DNA from: Octopus vulgaris
Lineage: Eukaryota
Length of the DNA stretch: 64,000 bases
Reading direction: 5' to 3'
Assembly: GCA_951406725.2 (NCBI GenBank)
Contig: OX597816.1
Coordinates: 150,908,001 to 150,972,000, forward strand
The position numbers and the translations under genes are program-made. Position 1 is the first letter of the stretch; every line of letters starts with the position of its first letter. The notes beneath the pieces were generated by a model. That model was not told the origin of the DNA. It saw nothing but the letters and a program-made list of their open reading frames with translations, and searched no databases. Shown here in pieces: positions 38,678 through 48,570 of the stretch.

Positions 38678-38937
38678 GTATGTATGTATGTAAGTATGTA
38701 TGTATGTATGTATGTATACACACACATACATATATATGTTTCTAAAAACATGTTATAAACTAAATACTTCCAGACCCGACCATAATAATTAATAAACTTC
38801 CAGACTTCTAGTTCTGTGAGCACGGGGTAAATGGTTATGTTGATGATGACAATAATGATGGTGATGAGGATGAAGACTTGAATGATAATTATGAGAAGGA
38901 ACAGTAGATGTTCACTTACTTTGCTGGCATCAGTCAT
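499..38937 (-). CDS. ALDH3: ALDH3-family aldehyde dehydrogenase, gene A (multi-exon, 3' end outside window): join of 38920-38937,18474-18617,17485-17580,12240-12375,11944-12029,9050-9213,4103-4229,2985-3088,499-625
   Basis: Hand-spliced exons give 334 uninterrupted codons [15 protein letters not shown]...PLMQEE. Motifs present: [43 protein letters not shown] and [11 protein letters not shown] (catalytic Cys at about codon 244). All introns are GT-AG with matching phases. Confidence 0.95.
930..1150 (-). mobile_element. R4/Dong-like non-LTR retrotransposon ORF fragment
   Basis: YL..S.E.LL..V...K.LH.QF.....WDWL resembles the post-RT region also seen at 52450-52650; lies next to (TTA)n. Confidence 0.5.
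1194..1732 (-). mobile_element. ~540-bp interspersed repeat embedded in (TTA)n; probable 3' portion of a TAA-targeting (R4/Dong-like) element
   Basis: Near-identical second copy at 50507-51005; both copies are flanked by TTA repeats. Confidence 0.7.
1793..2200 (+). mobile_element. Two tandem copies of tRNA-derived SINE family 1
   Basis: ggcagtgagctggcagaa head, gagttcaaattcc B-box, ctttgcctttcatcctttcgggg...taagtaccag core. Confidence 0.85.
2300..2790 (-). mobile_element. Old degraded RTE-type LINE RT/thumb remnant
   Basis: Frameshifted DLLLLSH..MQEKT...YLGII...IWK..IS.....IFNA..KSVL..G.E.W....CLRK..I.WP pattern. Confidence 0.6.
2985..3088 (-). CDS. ALDH3: ALDH3 gene A exon ([34 protein letters not shown])
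   Basis: FY...DYGRII..HF motif; cctttcag acceptor, gtaatt donor; 104 bp. Confidence 0.93.
3197..3400 (+). mobile_element. SINE family 1, degraded
   Basis: gtgagctggcagaa head and ttgcctttcatc core. Confidence 0.75.
4103..4229 (-). CDS. ALDH3: ALDH3 gene A exon with catalytic Cys ([42 protein letters not shown])
   Basis: NCGQxCIAPDY signature; tttttcag acceptor, gtacaa donor. Confidence 0.96.
4480..4762 (-). mobile_element. RTE-3'UTR-type repeat ending in (GAT)n
   Basis: Reverse complement of 27850-28170. Confidence 0.8.
4764..4896. repeat. ~28-bp minisatellite (ggtaataaaggtctggagaagaaataca), about 4.5 copies
   Basis: Direct inspection. Confidence 0.85.
6480..6602. repeat. (GAT/GAC/AAC)n compound trinucleotide repeat
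   Basis: Direct inspection. Confidence 0.9.
7030..7420 (-). mobile_element. tRNA-derived SINE family 2 with internal (CA)n
   Basis: Minus strand reads tgtggtaagaagcttgct...ggttcagtcccactgc..ggcaccttgggcaag. Other copies at 13110-13522, 28970-29275, 50090-50464 and 56865-57020. Confidence 0.85.
7870..8552 (-). mobile_element. RTE-clade LINE 3' fragment
   Basis: F.YLGD...[16 protein letters not shown]...LHGSETW...RRLRWYGH...GRGRPRK; very similar to 26890-27570. Confidence 0.92.
8687..8904. mobile_element. piggyBac-type MITE
   Basis: TTAA at 8683-8686 and 8905-8908; termini CCCTTTTGTTAC / GTAACGAAAGGG; inserted in the ...ggactttaa-(gat)n tail of a repeat. Confidence 0.85.
9050..9213 (-). CDS. 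ALDH3: ALDH3 gene A exon ([54 protein letters not shown])
   Basis: NAD-binding FYTGS and ELGGK motifs; gtaaga donor. Confidence 0.96.
10475..11532 (-). mobile_element. Degraded RTE-clade LINE with internal deletion
   Basis: [27 protein letters not shown] through to GRPRKTW, with frameshifts. Confidence 0.88.
11944..12029 (-). CDS. ALDH3: ALDH3 gene A exon ([29 protein letters not shown])
   Basis: GN.VV.KPSE motif; 86 bp; tag acceptor, gtaagg donor. Confidence 0.95.
12240..12375 (-). CDS. ALDH3: ALDH3 gene A exon ([45 protein letters not shown])
   Basis: EPLGVV and WNYP motifs; cacag acceptor, gtgagt donor. Confidence 0.96.
12716..13052 (+). mobile_element. Penelope-like (pLTR-type) remnant between (TA)n tracts, carrying hammerhead-like motifs
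   Basis: HHR-like units at 12780-12846 and 12966-13012; the Penelope assignment is inferred only from the minimal-HHR architecture. Confidence 0.45.
12780..12846 (+). ncRNA. Candidate minimal type-I hammerhead ribozyme (variant core)
   Basis: Layout: ccagataa-CTGAAAGA-[stem II ggtgttg/cggcatc]-GAAAC tcaga GT T-ttatcttgg. Stem I is gataa/ttatc and stem III is palindromic (aaactc a gagttt). The core has one extra A versus CUGANGA. Confidence 0.5.
13110..13522 (-). mobile_element. SINE family 2, near full length
   Basis: Same sequence as 7030-7420. Confidence 0.88.
13781..14478 (-). mobile_element. RTE LINE 3' end (ORF tail plus 3'UTR with (GAT)n)
   Basis: [14 protein letters not shown]...GRDRPRKT followed by a degraded 3'UTR. 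Confidence 0.8.
14500..14790. mobile_element. Unclassified repeat with a degenerate minimal-hammerhead-like motif (tcgaagagcatagactcaaaacgta)
   Basis: CpG-containing segment bounded by TA runs; the motif resembles Penelope pLTR HHRs but the core is broken. Confidence 0.3.
17485..17580 (-). CDS. ALDH3: ALDH3 gene A exon ([11 protein letters not shown]...KEWMEPEK)
   Basis: ag/gt bounded, 96 bp, phase 0-0. Confidence 0.92.
18474..18617 (-). CDS. ALDH3: ALDH3 gene A exon ([12 protein letters not shown]...[10 protein letters not shown])
   Basis: ttttctag acceptor, gtaagt donor, 144 bp; ALDH3 N-terminal R..F..G.T....R..QL pattern. Confidence 0.93.
21335..21439. repeat. (CA)n microsatellite (one of many; others at 3565-3610, 10280-10360, 11695-11865, 28438-28516, 37395-37450, 39062-39140, 55007-55054)
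   Basis: Direct inspection. Confidence 0.95.
21860..22292. repeat. (GGT/AGT)n tract followed by a ~250-bp purine-rich low-complexity tract
   Basis: Direct inspection. Confidence 0.85.
23355..23750 (+). mobile_element. RTE-3'UTR-type repeat, young copy
   Basis: gtgccggtggcac-taaaa-gcacc units, ggcgttaggaaggcatccagc, ...ggacgttaaac(gat)n. Confidence 0.85.
24063..25344 (+). mobile_element. Full-length mariner (Tc1/mariner, DD34D) transposon with inactivated transposase
   Basis: TIRs ttgggtcatcccataaataatgc / gcattatttatgggatgacccaa, TA at both ends, 1282 bp. WVPH, TGDEKW, HQDNA.P and [14 protein letters not shown] motifs, with stops and frameshifts. Confidence 0.95.
25548..26037 (+). mobile_element. 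Helentron/HINE (DINE-1-like) non-autonomous element
   Basis: 3' region tgtgccaaaaatcataaaatcg...ggaggagtt...(acag)n...tatatatttatgtacatagat is typical of HINE ends. Confidence 0.5.
26074..28170 (+). mobile_element. 5'-truncated, young RTE-clade LINE: RT (YADD), PHD-like finger, C-terminus and 3'UTR ending in (GAT)n
   Basis: [41 protein letters not shown]. One in-frame TAG at 26869-26871, stop at 27471. Probable TSD gattattatgaag (26061-26073) / gattactatgaag (28168-28180). Confidence 0.95.
27544..27836 (+). repeat. 98-bp tandem triplication in the RTE 3'UTR
   Basis: Units start at 27544, 27642 and 27740 (aaactctacttgtgaagacc...ggcatgt). Confidence 0.92.
29376..29777. mobile_element. piggyBac-type MITE, probably with an internal insertion
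   Basis: TTAA at 29372-29375 and 29778-29781; termini gcctttagcatt / aatgcaaaaggg. Confidence 0.65.
32760..33005. mobile_element. hAT (Charlie-type) MITE
   Basis: Termini cagtggttttcaac / gttgagaaacacta; perfect 8-bp TSD ctctagat at 32752-32759 and 33006-33013. Confidence 0.85.
33950..35385 (-). mobile_element. Hero-like RLE non-LTR retrotransposon, degraded 3' half
   Basis: [30 protein letters not shown]....HVLSNC zinc knuckle, RPDLILW...LTAPWEE...K..RY..L...C...GW......VGARGF endonuclease. Confidence 0.8.
36423..36609. mobile_element. Hairpin (foldback) MITE-like palindrome
   Basis: gggtaaggccaaaacaatg..gtaaatgcaaggtaaatcacaagaaaac pairs with gttttcttgtgatttactttgcatttac..cattgttttggccttaccc. 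Confidence 0.75.
37823..38053 (+). mobile_element. SINE family 1, young full-length copy
   Basis: CpG-rich intact head, core and tail. Other copies at 43617-43838(-), 46745-46945(-), 49695-49880, 61173-61390, 61410-61620 and 35845-35965(-). Confidence 0.9.
38455..38718. repeat. (TATG)n tetranucleotide repeat
   Basis: Direct inspection. Confidence 0.95.
38920..38937 (-). CDS. ALDH3: ALDH3 gene A first coding exon (MTDASK); exon probably extends as 5'UTR to about 39010
   Basis: AAAC ATG ACT GAT GCC AGC AAA|gtaagt, a phase-0 donor matching the phase-0 acceptor at 18617. An upstream acceptor-like ttatctacag lies at 39011-39020. Confidence 0.75.
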
Positions 38938-39058
38938 GTTTAAGGGAAACAATTTTGTAGACACGGATAATGAGACAATCAGCCGGCTTCGTTTGGTCTG
39001 AATCTAACCTCTGTAGATAATGAACAGCAATGAAAATTTATTACTAACCTATATATAT

Positions 39059-39109
<51 letters not shown>

Positions 39110-40099
39110 TGCGCGCGCGCGTGCGTGCATGTGTGTGTGTGTTTGTGCAATCTTGTGTGTGTAAGTGACAGTATGAGTATATATATTTATCTACATCAGT
39201 TTGTGCATATACTTTCATTTATTTCTACATACAAGTATCTAAAAATGTATGCGTGTGTGTGTGCACTGGTGTGTGTGTGTGTGTGTGTGCACTGGTGTGT
39301 GTATGTGTGTATGTGACTCTGTGTGTGTGTTTATGTTGGCATATCTATAAATTTCTATTTGTGCCTGTGTGAGTGATAAAAGGTAAACAATGTTATCAGT
39401 TGACTGGTAGCAGTCGTTGGCAGCATCCTCAATGGTACTAAATAACATTAGCATCAGACATACTAATAGGATTTGACCTATATATTAGATTACAGATAAG
39501 ATTAGGGATTATTGTCAAATCCAAATCACTTACTATCAACTTATAGAAGTCTGGTTATTCATGTGTACATGTTTACATCTATATAAACACACATGCACAT
39601 GTGTGTGTGCATGTATGTGTATGTGTGTGTGCGCATGTGCGTGTGAATACGTATGCGCATACATATACCAATGTCTTAATTAATGAAATATATGTTCTAC
39701 TTTTTTATTTCATTATCAGAAACTTTATCAGAAAAAGATAACAGTTTTTATACAGATAAATTATTCTAATTATTGAAAGAAATATTCGCTCGTTTAAAAT
39801 ACAGTAGGCTTACAAAGCTTCTACATCATTATCATCATCATCATTATTTTATGTCTGATTTCCATGCTGGTATTGGTAGGATGTTCAACAGGATTCAAAG
39901 AGCTGAAGGACAACATCTTCCTCCAAAATCTTATATTTAGCATAGTTTCTATGGTTGGATATTCTTTTTAACACTTTATAGAGTGTACCAGGAGCATTTT
40001 CATGGCACCATCACTATAAAGGTTACTTTGTCATCAGCAAGTTTAAAGAGCTTTCTCAATCCCTGCATTGTTGCTATTCAGAACAATTACCAAACACTT

Positions 40100-40397
40100 C
40101 ATCATCATCATTTAACGTCCGTTCTCCATTCTAGCATGGGTTGGACAGTTTGACCGGGGATCTGGGAAGCCAGAAGGCTGCACCAGGCTCCAGTCTGATC
40201 TGGCAGTGTTTCTACAGCTGGATGCCCTTCCTAATGCCAACCACTCCGTGAGTGTAGTGGGTATTTTTACGTGCCACCGGCACGGAAGCCAGTCAAGGCG
40301 GCACTGGCATCGGCCACATTCGGATGGTGCTTCTTACATGCCACCGACATGGAAGCCAGTCTAGACGGCGCTGGCATCAGCCACGTTTGGATGGTGA
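40100..40397 (-). mobile_element. RTE-3'UTR-type repeat
   Basis: Reverse complement of 23460-23750. Confidence 0.85.
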
Positions 40398-40970
40398 AGC
40401 AATATTACATGTAATTCATTAGAAAAAAATCACCTTCCTAGTAAGAATTCAATCTGTTTGTGTACATGTTAGTTTATATCAACCTATCACAATGCGATGA
40501 CATTTAACTTGTAAGACATTATTCTCTAACAATTCATGACTTCTATTAGAGATCTTTTACAGTTCATGTTTCATTAAAAATTTGGTTTACTTTCTGAAAA
40601 CTGTTCTGAAACACAAACTATTTCACTAAGGCTTTTAGATCAGATCTCTGTTGGTAAATCCAATTAAGAACTCTCTTCTTTATTATCTTTATTATTTTGC
40701 AGTTCTGTTAAGTCATTAAATTTTCATTAGTGAAGGTTTCGTTTTTCAGCATGCAATAAATCCTGAATTCTACTAATATCAACTTCTTCAAATCCCATTG
40801 CTGGAGCTTTTTGTTTGAAGCTATTGTTGACATAGTTTCATTTCTATCTTATGATCTTTCTTAAATACATTTGGTCTCAATTTCTTTACAAATACCAATG
40901 CAATATATAAGTTCAACTTTTTTCAAGGTGTCTTTAATATTTTTTATTGTTTGCATTTTGTTTGGGGTGG

Positions 40971-41273
40971 GGGTCATTATGCCAATAATAAACACATCCA
41001 CTGGTTCTATTAACTAATTGATTGTTTGATTAATTGTTCACTCAACCAATTAGCTAAGTTCATCAGAGTCCTTTTATTGCCATTCATGACCTCATCAATG
41101 ACATGTTCTTGAGAGTCATGAATAGTGATGAAAGGAACCTGATGAACCTATTTGAGTGATTAATTAAACATGTGATTAGTTAATTGGTCAAATTGTTAAC
41201 TAGTTGACTAATAATAATAATAAAAAAAAAAGTGAAACAGAACCAGTGCATGTATTAATGGGATTATGATCCC
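40971..41273. mobile_element. Degenerate ~300-bp palindromic MITE-like element
   Basis: Nested arm pairs gggtcat/atgatccc, cactggttct/agaaccagtg, cactcaa/ttgagtg, gttcatcag/ctgatgaac, attcatgac/gtcatgaat. Confidence 0.7.
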
Positions 41274-41989
41274 TGACTGAAACAGAACAAAATCTGTTTC
41301 AACAGACTTTTTCACATCTTGAATCTTGCAAACCAAATACAAGCACAAAATAATGTGAATTTCCCAGAATTCTTGAATGGATTCATGTTTATTATCAATT
41401 ATTGTTAGTGACTGCCTTAAAGTTCTTCTAAGATAATATGTCTGAAAAATGGAAATAATTCTATGGTCTATAGGCTGTAATAGTAAAGTTGTGTTTGTTG
41501 AAATGGAAGTAATTTCGTGGAGATGTATCTACATAGTAAGTGTTTTGATCTAAGATCTAAGATCTAAGATCTAAAGTGATTGTAGTGTGGAAGACATTAG
41601 TTAGCCATCCAGAAACGCACAAAAGCTGTCATCATATTACAAATACATGTTTAAGTGAAATTGACAGTCTTTGTGTTTCTGAATGGCTAATTTATGTCTT
41701 CCATGCTGCTATCACCAAATTAATTTCAGTTGGTATGAATGTTTGGAGGTAGTAAAGATTATAACGATTACCAGAAGCATAGTTGTGGTACACCTGAGCA
41801 CTGTATACAATAATTTCATTATTATTATTCAAAAGCCTAAGTGCCTTGACTTCATAGGATCAGGAACAGGGGTACAGGGAATGCAAGCACACCCACTGAA
41901 ATTTTGTGTGGGTTATGAAAATTCTTTGAACATCCTAGATTGCACATGGGTTTGCATCCCATTGGAAAATTTTTCTCCCATACTTATGC

Positions 41990-42480
41990 TTGAGCTTGAA
42001 ATAATTCTTCTTAACATAAAGTTTGATTTGGTGGACATTAATGTTCAATGAGTCGTTCAGTACACAAATCTTGTAGAACTCAAGCTTTTCCATATAACTG
42101 GCAGATTAGATTTGGAAACACCCTTCATTACTGCTGGAATATCAAAAACAAACAATGGCTTAAATTTCAAGTCTACATTGACATTTGCTTCAAACAACAA
42201 AGCAAAACATTTAGCATAAAATAAAAGTTTAAGAGGGGAACTATTTTCAAAATAGCCGGCATTTGTCAATTTGTCCATATTAGAAGCTAAATTTAGTGAA
42301 TAATTTTCACTTTCTATAACACCCTTTAATTAAACTAAAACTTCTGATGAAATCTGGCAGTCAGTACCCATGTTATTTAAGTGTTAAGTATTATGGAGAT
42401 TAGACTGTTTCATGAAATTTGCAAACTCTCCAAGACACAACAAATACCTGAGTTGCTTTCTCAGCTTCTTGTTTCAACTG
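41990..42480 (-). mobile_element. Possible highly decayed hAT transposase remnant
   Basis: FDIPAVMKGV resembles the hAT DGA.VM.G motif; otherwise weak. Confidence 0.3.
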
Positions 42481-42992
42481 TTTAAATAAATCTAAATCCT
42501 TTTATTGGACAATGACTTGGAGAAGTGGTAGATAAGCAGTGACATACCATCCACCTAAACATTTTGCATCTCCATATTTGTCAGAATTTTACTGCACAAC
42601 TATGTTAGTTTGGAAATATTACACTTGCTTAAACTTTTCATGGTAACTTTATTTTGTTAAATCAAATGGTAACTTTTATTTTGTTAGACTGATGAATTAA
42701 GATTTTTAAAGTTTGATGTCCAATTAAGGATTTTAAAAGTTTTTAGAAGTTTTAAAGTCCTAAAGATTCCACAATAATACTTTTCTCTTCCTTCTACTCT
42801 TTTTAGTAACTAAAACAACTGTGAATCCATGGAAAATGACTGAGTAAGCTCTTCTCTCTCTCTCTCCTATACACACATAAAAAAACATAATCTCTAAGAG
42901 GCTAAATTGAGGGATGGACAAAAGGTGCACATAGAAAACTAACTTATTCCTATACAGCATCTAAGATGCAAATAGTATTATAAGAGAAGGGG

Positions 42993-43072
42993 TTAGTAGT
43001 AGTAGTAGTAGTAGTAGTGGCTGCAGCAGTAGTAGTAGTAGTAGTGGTAGTAGTAGTGGTAGTAGTAGTAGT

Positions 43073-43140
<68 letters not shown>

Positions 43141-43153
43141 CAGCAGCAGCAGC
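42993..43153. repeat. (GTA)n/(GCA)n compound repeat
   Basis: Direct inspection. Confidence 0.95.
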
Positions 43154-43399
43154 ATTCTTTTGTGCATCCAGCATTTTCAAGGAATATACAGCATCAAATT
43201 CTTAGTACCACTGATATTTTCCAGATTTTGTGTAGATAGGTATGTGAGGAAGAATGGAGGAGCGTGCAGCAGGTGGAGATTGTGGGTGGTGGAAAGGTGA
43301 GTGTTGGGAAGTTAGGTTGTGGGGGAAATTGATAGGGGACAGATTATGTGTGTATGTGTTTGAGGTGGGGCATGGCCACAAAGGATGTGCCTGTATGTA

Positions 43400-44216
43400 T
43401 GGCTATGATTTTACTTAGCTTGACATTCTTTCTCAAGCATGGCAAATTACTAGAAGTCTCAGTCCCTTGTCAACTCCACTGTGAGGTTCAACATCTGAAG
43501 TTCATTTCTGAACACTTCATCCCACATCTTCCTGAGTCTACCTCTTCCACAGTTGAGAGATCAGCATCTCTTTATACAACTGTCTTCATCCATACATATC
43601 ACATGACTATACCTATTTCTTTATTATCCACAAGGGGCTAAACATAGAGGGGACAAACAAGGACAGACATAGGTATTAAGTCGATTACATCGACCCCAGT
43701 ACGTAACTGGTACTTAATTTATCGACCCCGAAAGGATGAAAGGCAAAGTCGACCTCGGCGGAATTTGAATGTAACGGCAGACGAAATACGGCTACGCATT
43801 TCGCCTGGCGTGCTAACGTTTCTGCCAGCTCGCTGCCTTAGACTATACCAGCACAGTATTCTCTCAAATACACTACATCTGATGCCTCTTATACACATTT
43901 ATTTCTCTCAAAACATTTACACTCTGTTGTACATGCACACTATCATTCCGCATCCAACAAAGTATGCTGGTTTTATTGCTTTCTCGCTTTCACATGTCCT
44001 TTGCAGTCACAGCCCATATTTTACTGCCATATAGCTTAGCTGTCCATACACAGGCATCATACAGTCTGCCTTTCACTCTGAGGGAGAGGCTCTTTGTTAC
44101 CCACAAAGGTAAGATATCTCTGAAGTTTGCCCAACCAGCCCTTATTCAAACAATTATGCTTTCTGAGCATCCTCCCCTGCTACTAACTTGGTCACCCAGG
44201 TAATGGAAGCTATCTA
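43400..44216 (-). mobile_element. Degraded RTE LINE 3' fragment interrupted by a SINE family 1 insertion (43617-43838)
   Basis: RTE sequence resumes across the SINE; gactatacc is present on both sides. Confidence 0.8.
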
Positions 44217-44459
44217 TACATGAAAATAAAAACTGTTAAAATCTCGCAACGTTTATTTATGTACATACATGTATTTGTGTGTACACATGTGTTGTCATGA
44301 TATTGCATGATAGTTGTAAACATGGGTCACCATACAAGTGATGTCAGTTATTTCCATTTATTTCCCCTGTGAAAATTGTATCTGGTTGTGGGAAATATTA
44401 TCTTGCTTGGAAATAGGTGATGGCTGCCAACAGGAGGGGCATCTAATGATAATGATAAT

Positions 44460-44654
44460 GAAATTATTGTATACAGTGCTCAGGTGCAACACAACTTGTC
44501 AAAAGTGCGTATAAAGCATATGCAGTAATGAACAAATGTCTGGGAAGTGAACAATGTATGAGTCAGATATATGCTTGTGTGTGTATGGAGGGGAGAATCT
44601 CAGGAAGCATGGAAGTTTTGAAGGATGTAGTGCTCCGACAACTAACAACTGATT
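44460..44654 (-). mobile_element. CR1/L2-type LINE 3' tail
   Basis: Same sequence as 54111-54322. Confidence 0.75.
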
Positions 44655-45855
44655 CTTCCAGAATTTACTTGTCCATAACGAAAAATATTCCTTCAGTACT
44701 GTTCTGACCTCATCTACAGAATTCATATTTTTTCCCTCCAAATGATTTTGAAGACTGTGGAATAAATGATAATCAATTGGAGCAATGTCCAGCGAATATG
44801 GTGGGTGGGGCATTGTTTCCCATTCAAACTGCTCCAGCCTTTGGAATGTAATCTTTGCTGTATGTGGCTGAGCATTATCCTGATGGAAGAACACCTTTTG
44901 TCTTGAAACCAAAGATGGTCATTTTGCTTCTAGCGCTTATGCTGTTCAAGCTACTCAAGCTACTCGTAATTGATCTCTTTTGTTATCATTTGGTTTGGTT
45001 TTAAAAGTTCAAAGTGGACTAAACCTTTCATATCCCACCAAACAAATAACAACACCTTACATGGGTGATGACCTTCTTTAGCTTGGGGTGCTGGTGTTTC
45101 TCCTTTCCCTACCCACTGTCTTTGGCACTTGACATTTTTATAGAGAACCCATTTCTCGTCACCAGTCACTATTCAGTCCAAAAAAGGTTCATTCATGAGA
45201 CATGACAGCAAAGAAGAGCACACATTCACTCTCTGCACGTTATTAGACTCAGAAAGTTTCTGAGGAATCCATTGACCCAATTTGCTGACTTTTCCGATGG
45301 CATGCTGGTGTCAGTGAATGGTTGAATGACCAAATGCAAGCAGTTATGATGCGATTTTGTTCCACTAGGGTTTGCAGGGCATCCTCATTGAGCTCTACAG
45401 ATCATCCAAGACGAGGCTCATTTTCTAGGCTGTAGTTTCTAGCTCAGAATTTCTGGAACCACCGTTGACACTGGTTTATGCTTATTGTCCGATGCCTATA
45501 TACTATATTAATATTCCTCAAACTTTCTGTTGCTTTGTTACCTTTTTGTTACCTTTTTGAACTCATAAAGCAAAATATGCCAAATATGGTCCTTTTGTCA
45601 CTTCCATTATAGTGTTGAAAAATAACTTGCACTAAGAAAGAGGACAAGTTAATTTTATACCAAGTTAATACAGGTAGTTTATCCTGTTCCCCTCTGACTT
45701 TTAGTTCATGCAACTGAAAAAAAACGCATTATTTATGCACTAAGAAAGAGGACAAGTTAATTTTATACCAAGTTAATACAGGTAGTTTATCCTGTTCCCC
45801 TCTGACTTTTAGTTCATGCAACTGAAAAAACCGCATTATTTATGGGATGATACAA
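44655..45855 (-). mobile_element. Second copy of the mariner family, missing its 3' TIR
   Basis: TGDEKW, HQDNAQPH, PHPPYS.DIAP.DYHLF; TIR gcattatttatgggatgatacaa+TA; ~108-bp tandem duplication at 45629-45843. Confidence 0.92.
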
Positions 45856-47004
45856 TATATGGAAGCTTGTAAATGCCAAAATGCCACACGCGAGCTGATA
45901 ATTTCTAGAGGAGAGAAGGACTAATCAATATATTTCTGAAAGCAGTTGATAAGAGAACATTTGCCATCTCACATATGTACAGTCATTAATAATATTTTTG
46001 TTTTGTTTTTAGTGTTTCTTTTTACCTATTTGCTTAATGTTTCCCACTTCCACAATATCATGGCCCTGCAGTTTCAGCTGTTAAAATGGTTATCTTTTTG
46101 TTTACTAGATTTACTAAATAAACATTTTGAGTTCAAATCTTTCCATAGTGGACTTTGCCTATCATCCTTTTTAACAGCTTTGGTAAAATAAGTAAATAGC
46201 AAGTATTGAAGGTGATTTAATCAAATCTTTTGTATCCTCCCCACAAAAATTCTGGCTTTGTGTCAATGTTAAAAATCTCATATTTTATCCTATTTTTAAG
46301 TTATATTAGTTTATTATCTCTCTTTCATTGAGCCACAATGCCAGTTTTTGTAGAGGAGTATTGATTGATTCAATTGATCCAAGCATATTACTGGTATTCA
46401 CTTTACTAATTGATCCTGAAAAAAATGTTGTTTCTTTATCACTTATGTTTATATTCAGTTAAAGAAATTCCCAAGGTTACTAATAAGTGATTCTTAATCT
46501 ATATAATGGGTTTATCCATTTTTTATTCTTAATAGGTTCTGTGCTTCTCTGAAAGGATAAAACATCTAATTAATGCTTAGTTTTTGCTCATAGAGGAAGC
46601 CATGACAACACTAGTGATGTAGAAACACCCATTATAGAGTCTGTCAAGTGTAAAGTAGATAAACATTCATCATTGAATGTTTCATTCATCACTGAAATAG
46701 ATTCTCTGAGACTACTTTCAGGCTGCTCATAATACTTTCTACAAAAGGCACAAGGCCTGAAATTTTGGTGGGGAGGGGACCAGTCGATTACATTGACCCC
46801 AGGGATTCACTGGTACTTAATTTATAGACTCCGAAAAGATGAAAGGCAAAGTTGACCTTGGTGGAAATTGAACTCAGAATGTAAAGATGGACGAAATGCT
46901 GCTAAGCATTTTACCTGGCATGCTAATGGTTCTGCCAGTTTGTGGCCTTCAGGCTGCTCAATAAAAAATTAGGAATCTGTAGCATTTTTTTCTTAGTTAT
47001 AAAT

Positions 47005-47130
47005 TATGCAGAGAAAAATATAAAAGAAGTCTAGCTGATAATTAGAGCTGTCAAAAGGTGGATCACTTTCTCTTAGGCAAACAATTTACTATAGTAACTT
47101 ATCTGAAATCTATAGCTTATATGTTTGATA
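47005..47130 (+). mobile_element. Ty3/Gypsy RNase H remnant
   Basis: IIRAVKRW / HFLLGKQFTIVT.LKSIAYMFD with a frameshift matches the Gypsy RH pattern AV.KW.H.L.G..F...TD..S..F. Confidence 0.5.
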
Positions 47131-48049
47131 TAAAGAATTTAAAATGTACCAAAATCCTGAAAAATTGCCATGACTTGTGTATCTTGACTCTTGATAAAGC
47201 ATCTACACATAATCAAACTAACGAACCTCCTATGGACTTTGTACCACATTGTTCTACTCACATTAGAATGTAAATTGAAGGATGTTTCTACACTAAAGAG
47301 AAAGGTATTTTGAGATACTGTTTTAATGAGTACATATGTACATATGTGTATTTTTGCATTTCGTAAGAAGAATGCAATAATTCTGTGCTGTTATAATTAA
47401 CAACAGAAATAGATGAATCTCCATGGCATTCTACTGCAGTTGCTGTGGCTGCTATAAATAATTTATAAATTACTGTCTCTAATAGATCTGTCAGTAGAAA
47501 TCATTAGAACTTCCAATGAATTAAAGCCTACTTTAAATTGACTTTCTTTTTTGATTATTCTTACTTTAATGACATAGATAGATGTACAACAATGTAAAAA
47601 TATGGTTAACCAATTTGGACAAGTTGGTGGGCTTGTAGCTCTGCACCTGGAAAGGCAAATCCATGCTTATGTAAAGCTCTGGACAAATGGTGCATGTAGA
47701 GTTTGGTTTGATGTGGACCTTCAGTTGGATGGAAATTAGAATGAGGTTATGTGCAGGTGAAGTAGAATTGGGAGTTGTCTCACACAAAAATTGATGGAGA
47801 GGAAACTATCCAGAGAAGATAGTGCAAAGAGAGTGAACATATACATTACCTCCATTAATTATTGCCACCTTACCATCACACCTTCCTTTACCCAAAAAGG
47901 AAAGGCAGTTTTCTTCTGTCTAGTGGTTATAGCTAAAGAGGTTGTGACAAAAGGGTCTAAGGTCTTAGACCTTGCTCTCATCAACTTTTTCAGGTTCCAT
48001 TTATAAAAGATGGATCAAGAGAAGAAGTTGACAGCTACTGTTACATAGG

Positions 48050-48570
48050 AGTCATAATTAACCAGGAAGGTGGTCTCTCAGAATGTATAATGGTCAGCAT
48101 AAGGACAAGCTGGAAAAGTTCAAGGAACTATTACTGCCTCTATCAACAAATGTTTTTTCTCTAAGAGTGAAGGGCAGATTGCATGATGCTTGTATTAGAA
48201 CTGCAATGTTGCACATTAGTGAAACAAAACTGCAGATGCAGAAGATTTGCAAAGATTATAAAGAAATGAAGCTCAAATATTCTGATGGATATGTAACATT
48301 GGTGGGCATAAATATCAAAATACAAATGAGTTATGTCTAAAAGGGGGCATAAGAGAAATCAGATGTAGTGTGCAAGAGAGGAGGCTGTGCTGGTATAGGC
48401 ATGTGATGTGTATGGAGAATGACAGCTGTATAAAGATGTGCCAAAGTACTCCAAATTAATGAAACCTCTGGAAGTGGGAAGATTAAGGAAGACTTGAGAT
48501 GAAGTAGTGAAGGCTCACTTAGAAGATGCTGTATCTCACAGAATAGACAGTGCACTACACAAGACCCATC
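48050..48570 (+). mobile_element. Old degraded RTE LINE 3' fragment
   Basis: KFKELLLPL...[22 protein letters not shown]. Confidence 0.75.

Noticed and set aside
499-38937. Omega-crystallin identity
   Set aside because: Omega-crystallins derive from ALDH1/2; this protein has the short N-terminus and the WNYP / CIAPDY motifs of class 3
41138-41150. CTGATGA as a hammerhead core (also at 15761, 23014, 28071, 42344)
   Set aside because: No correctly placed stem II, GAAA or stem III; the 41138 case is a palindrome arm
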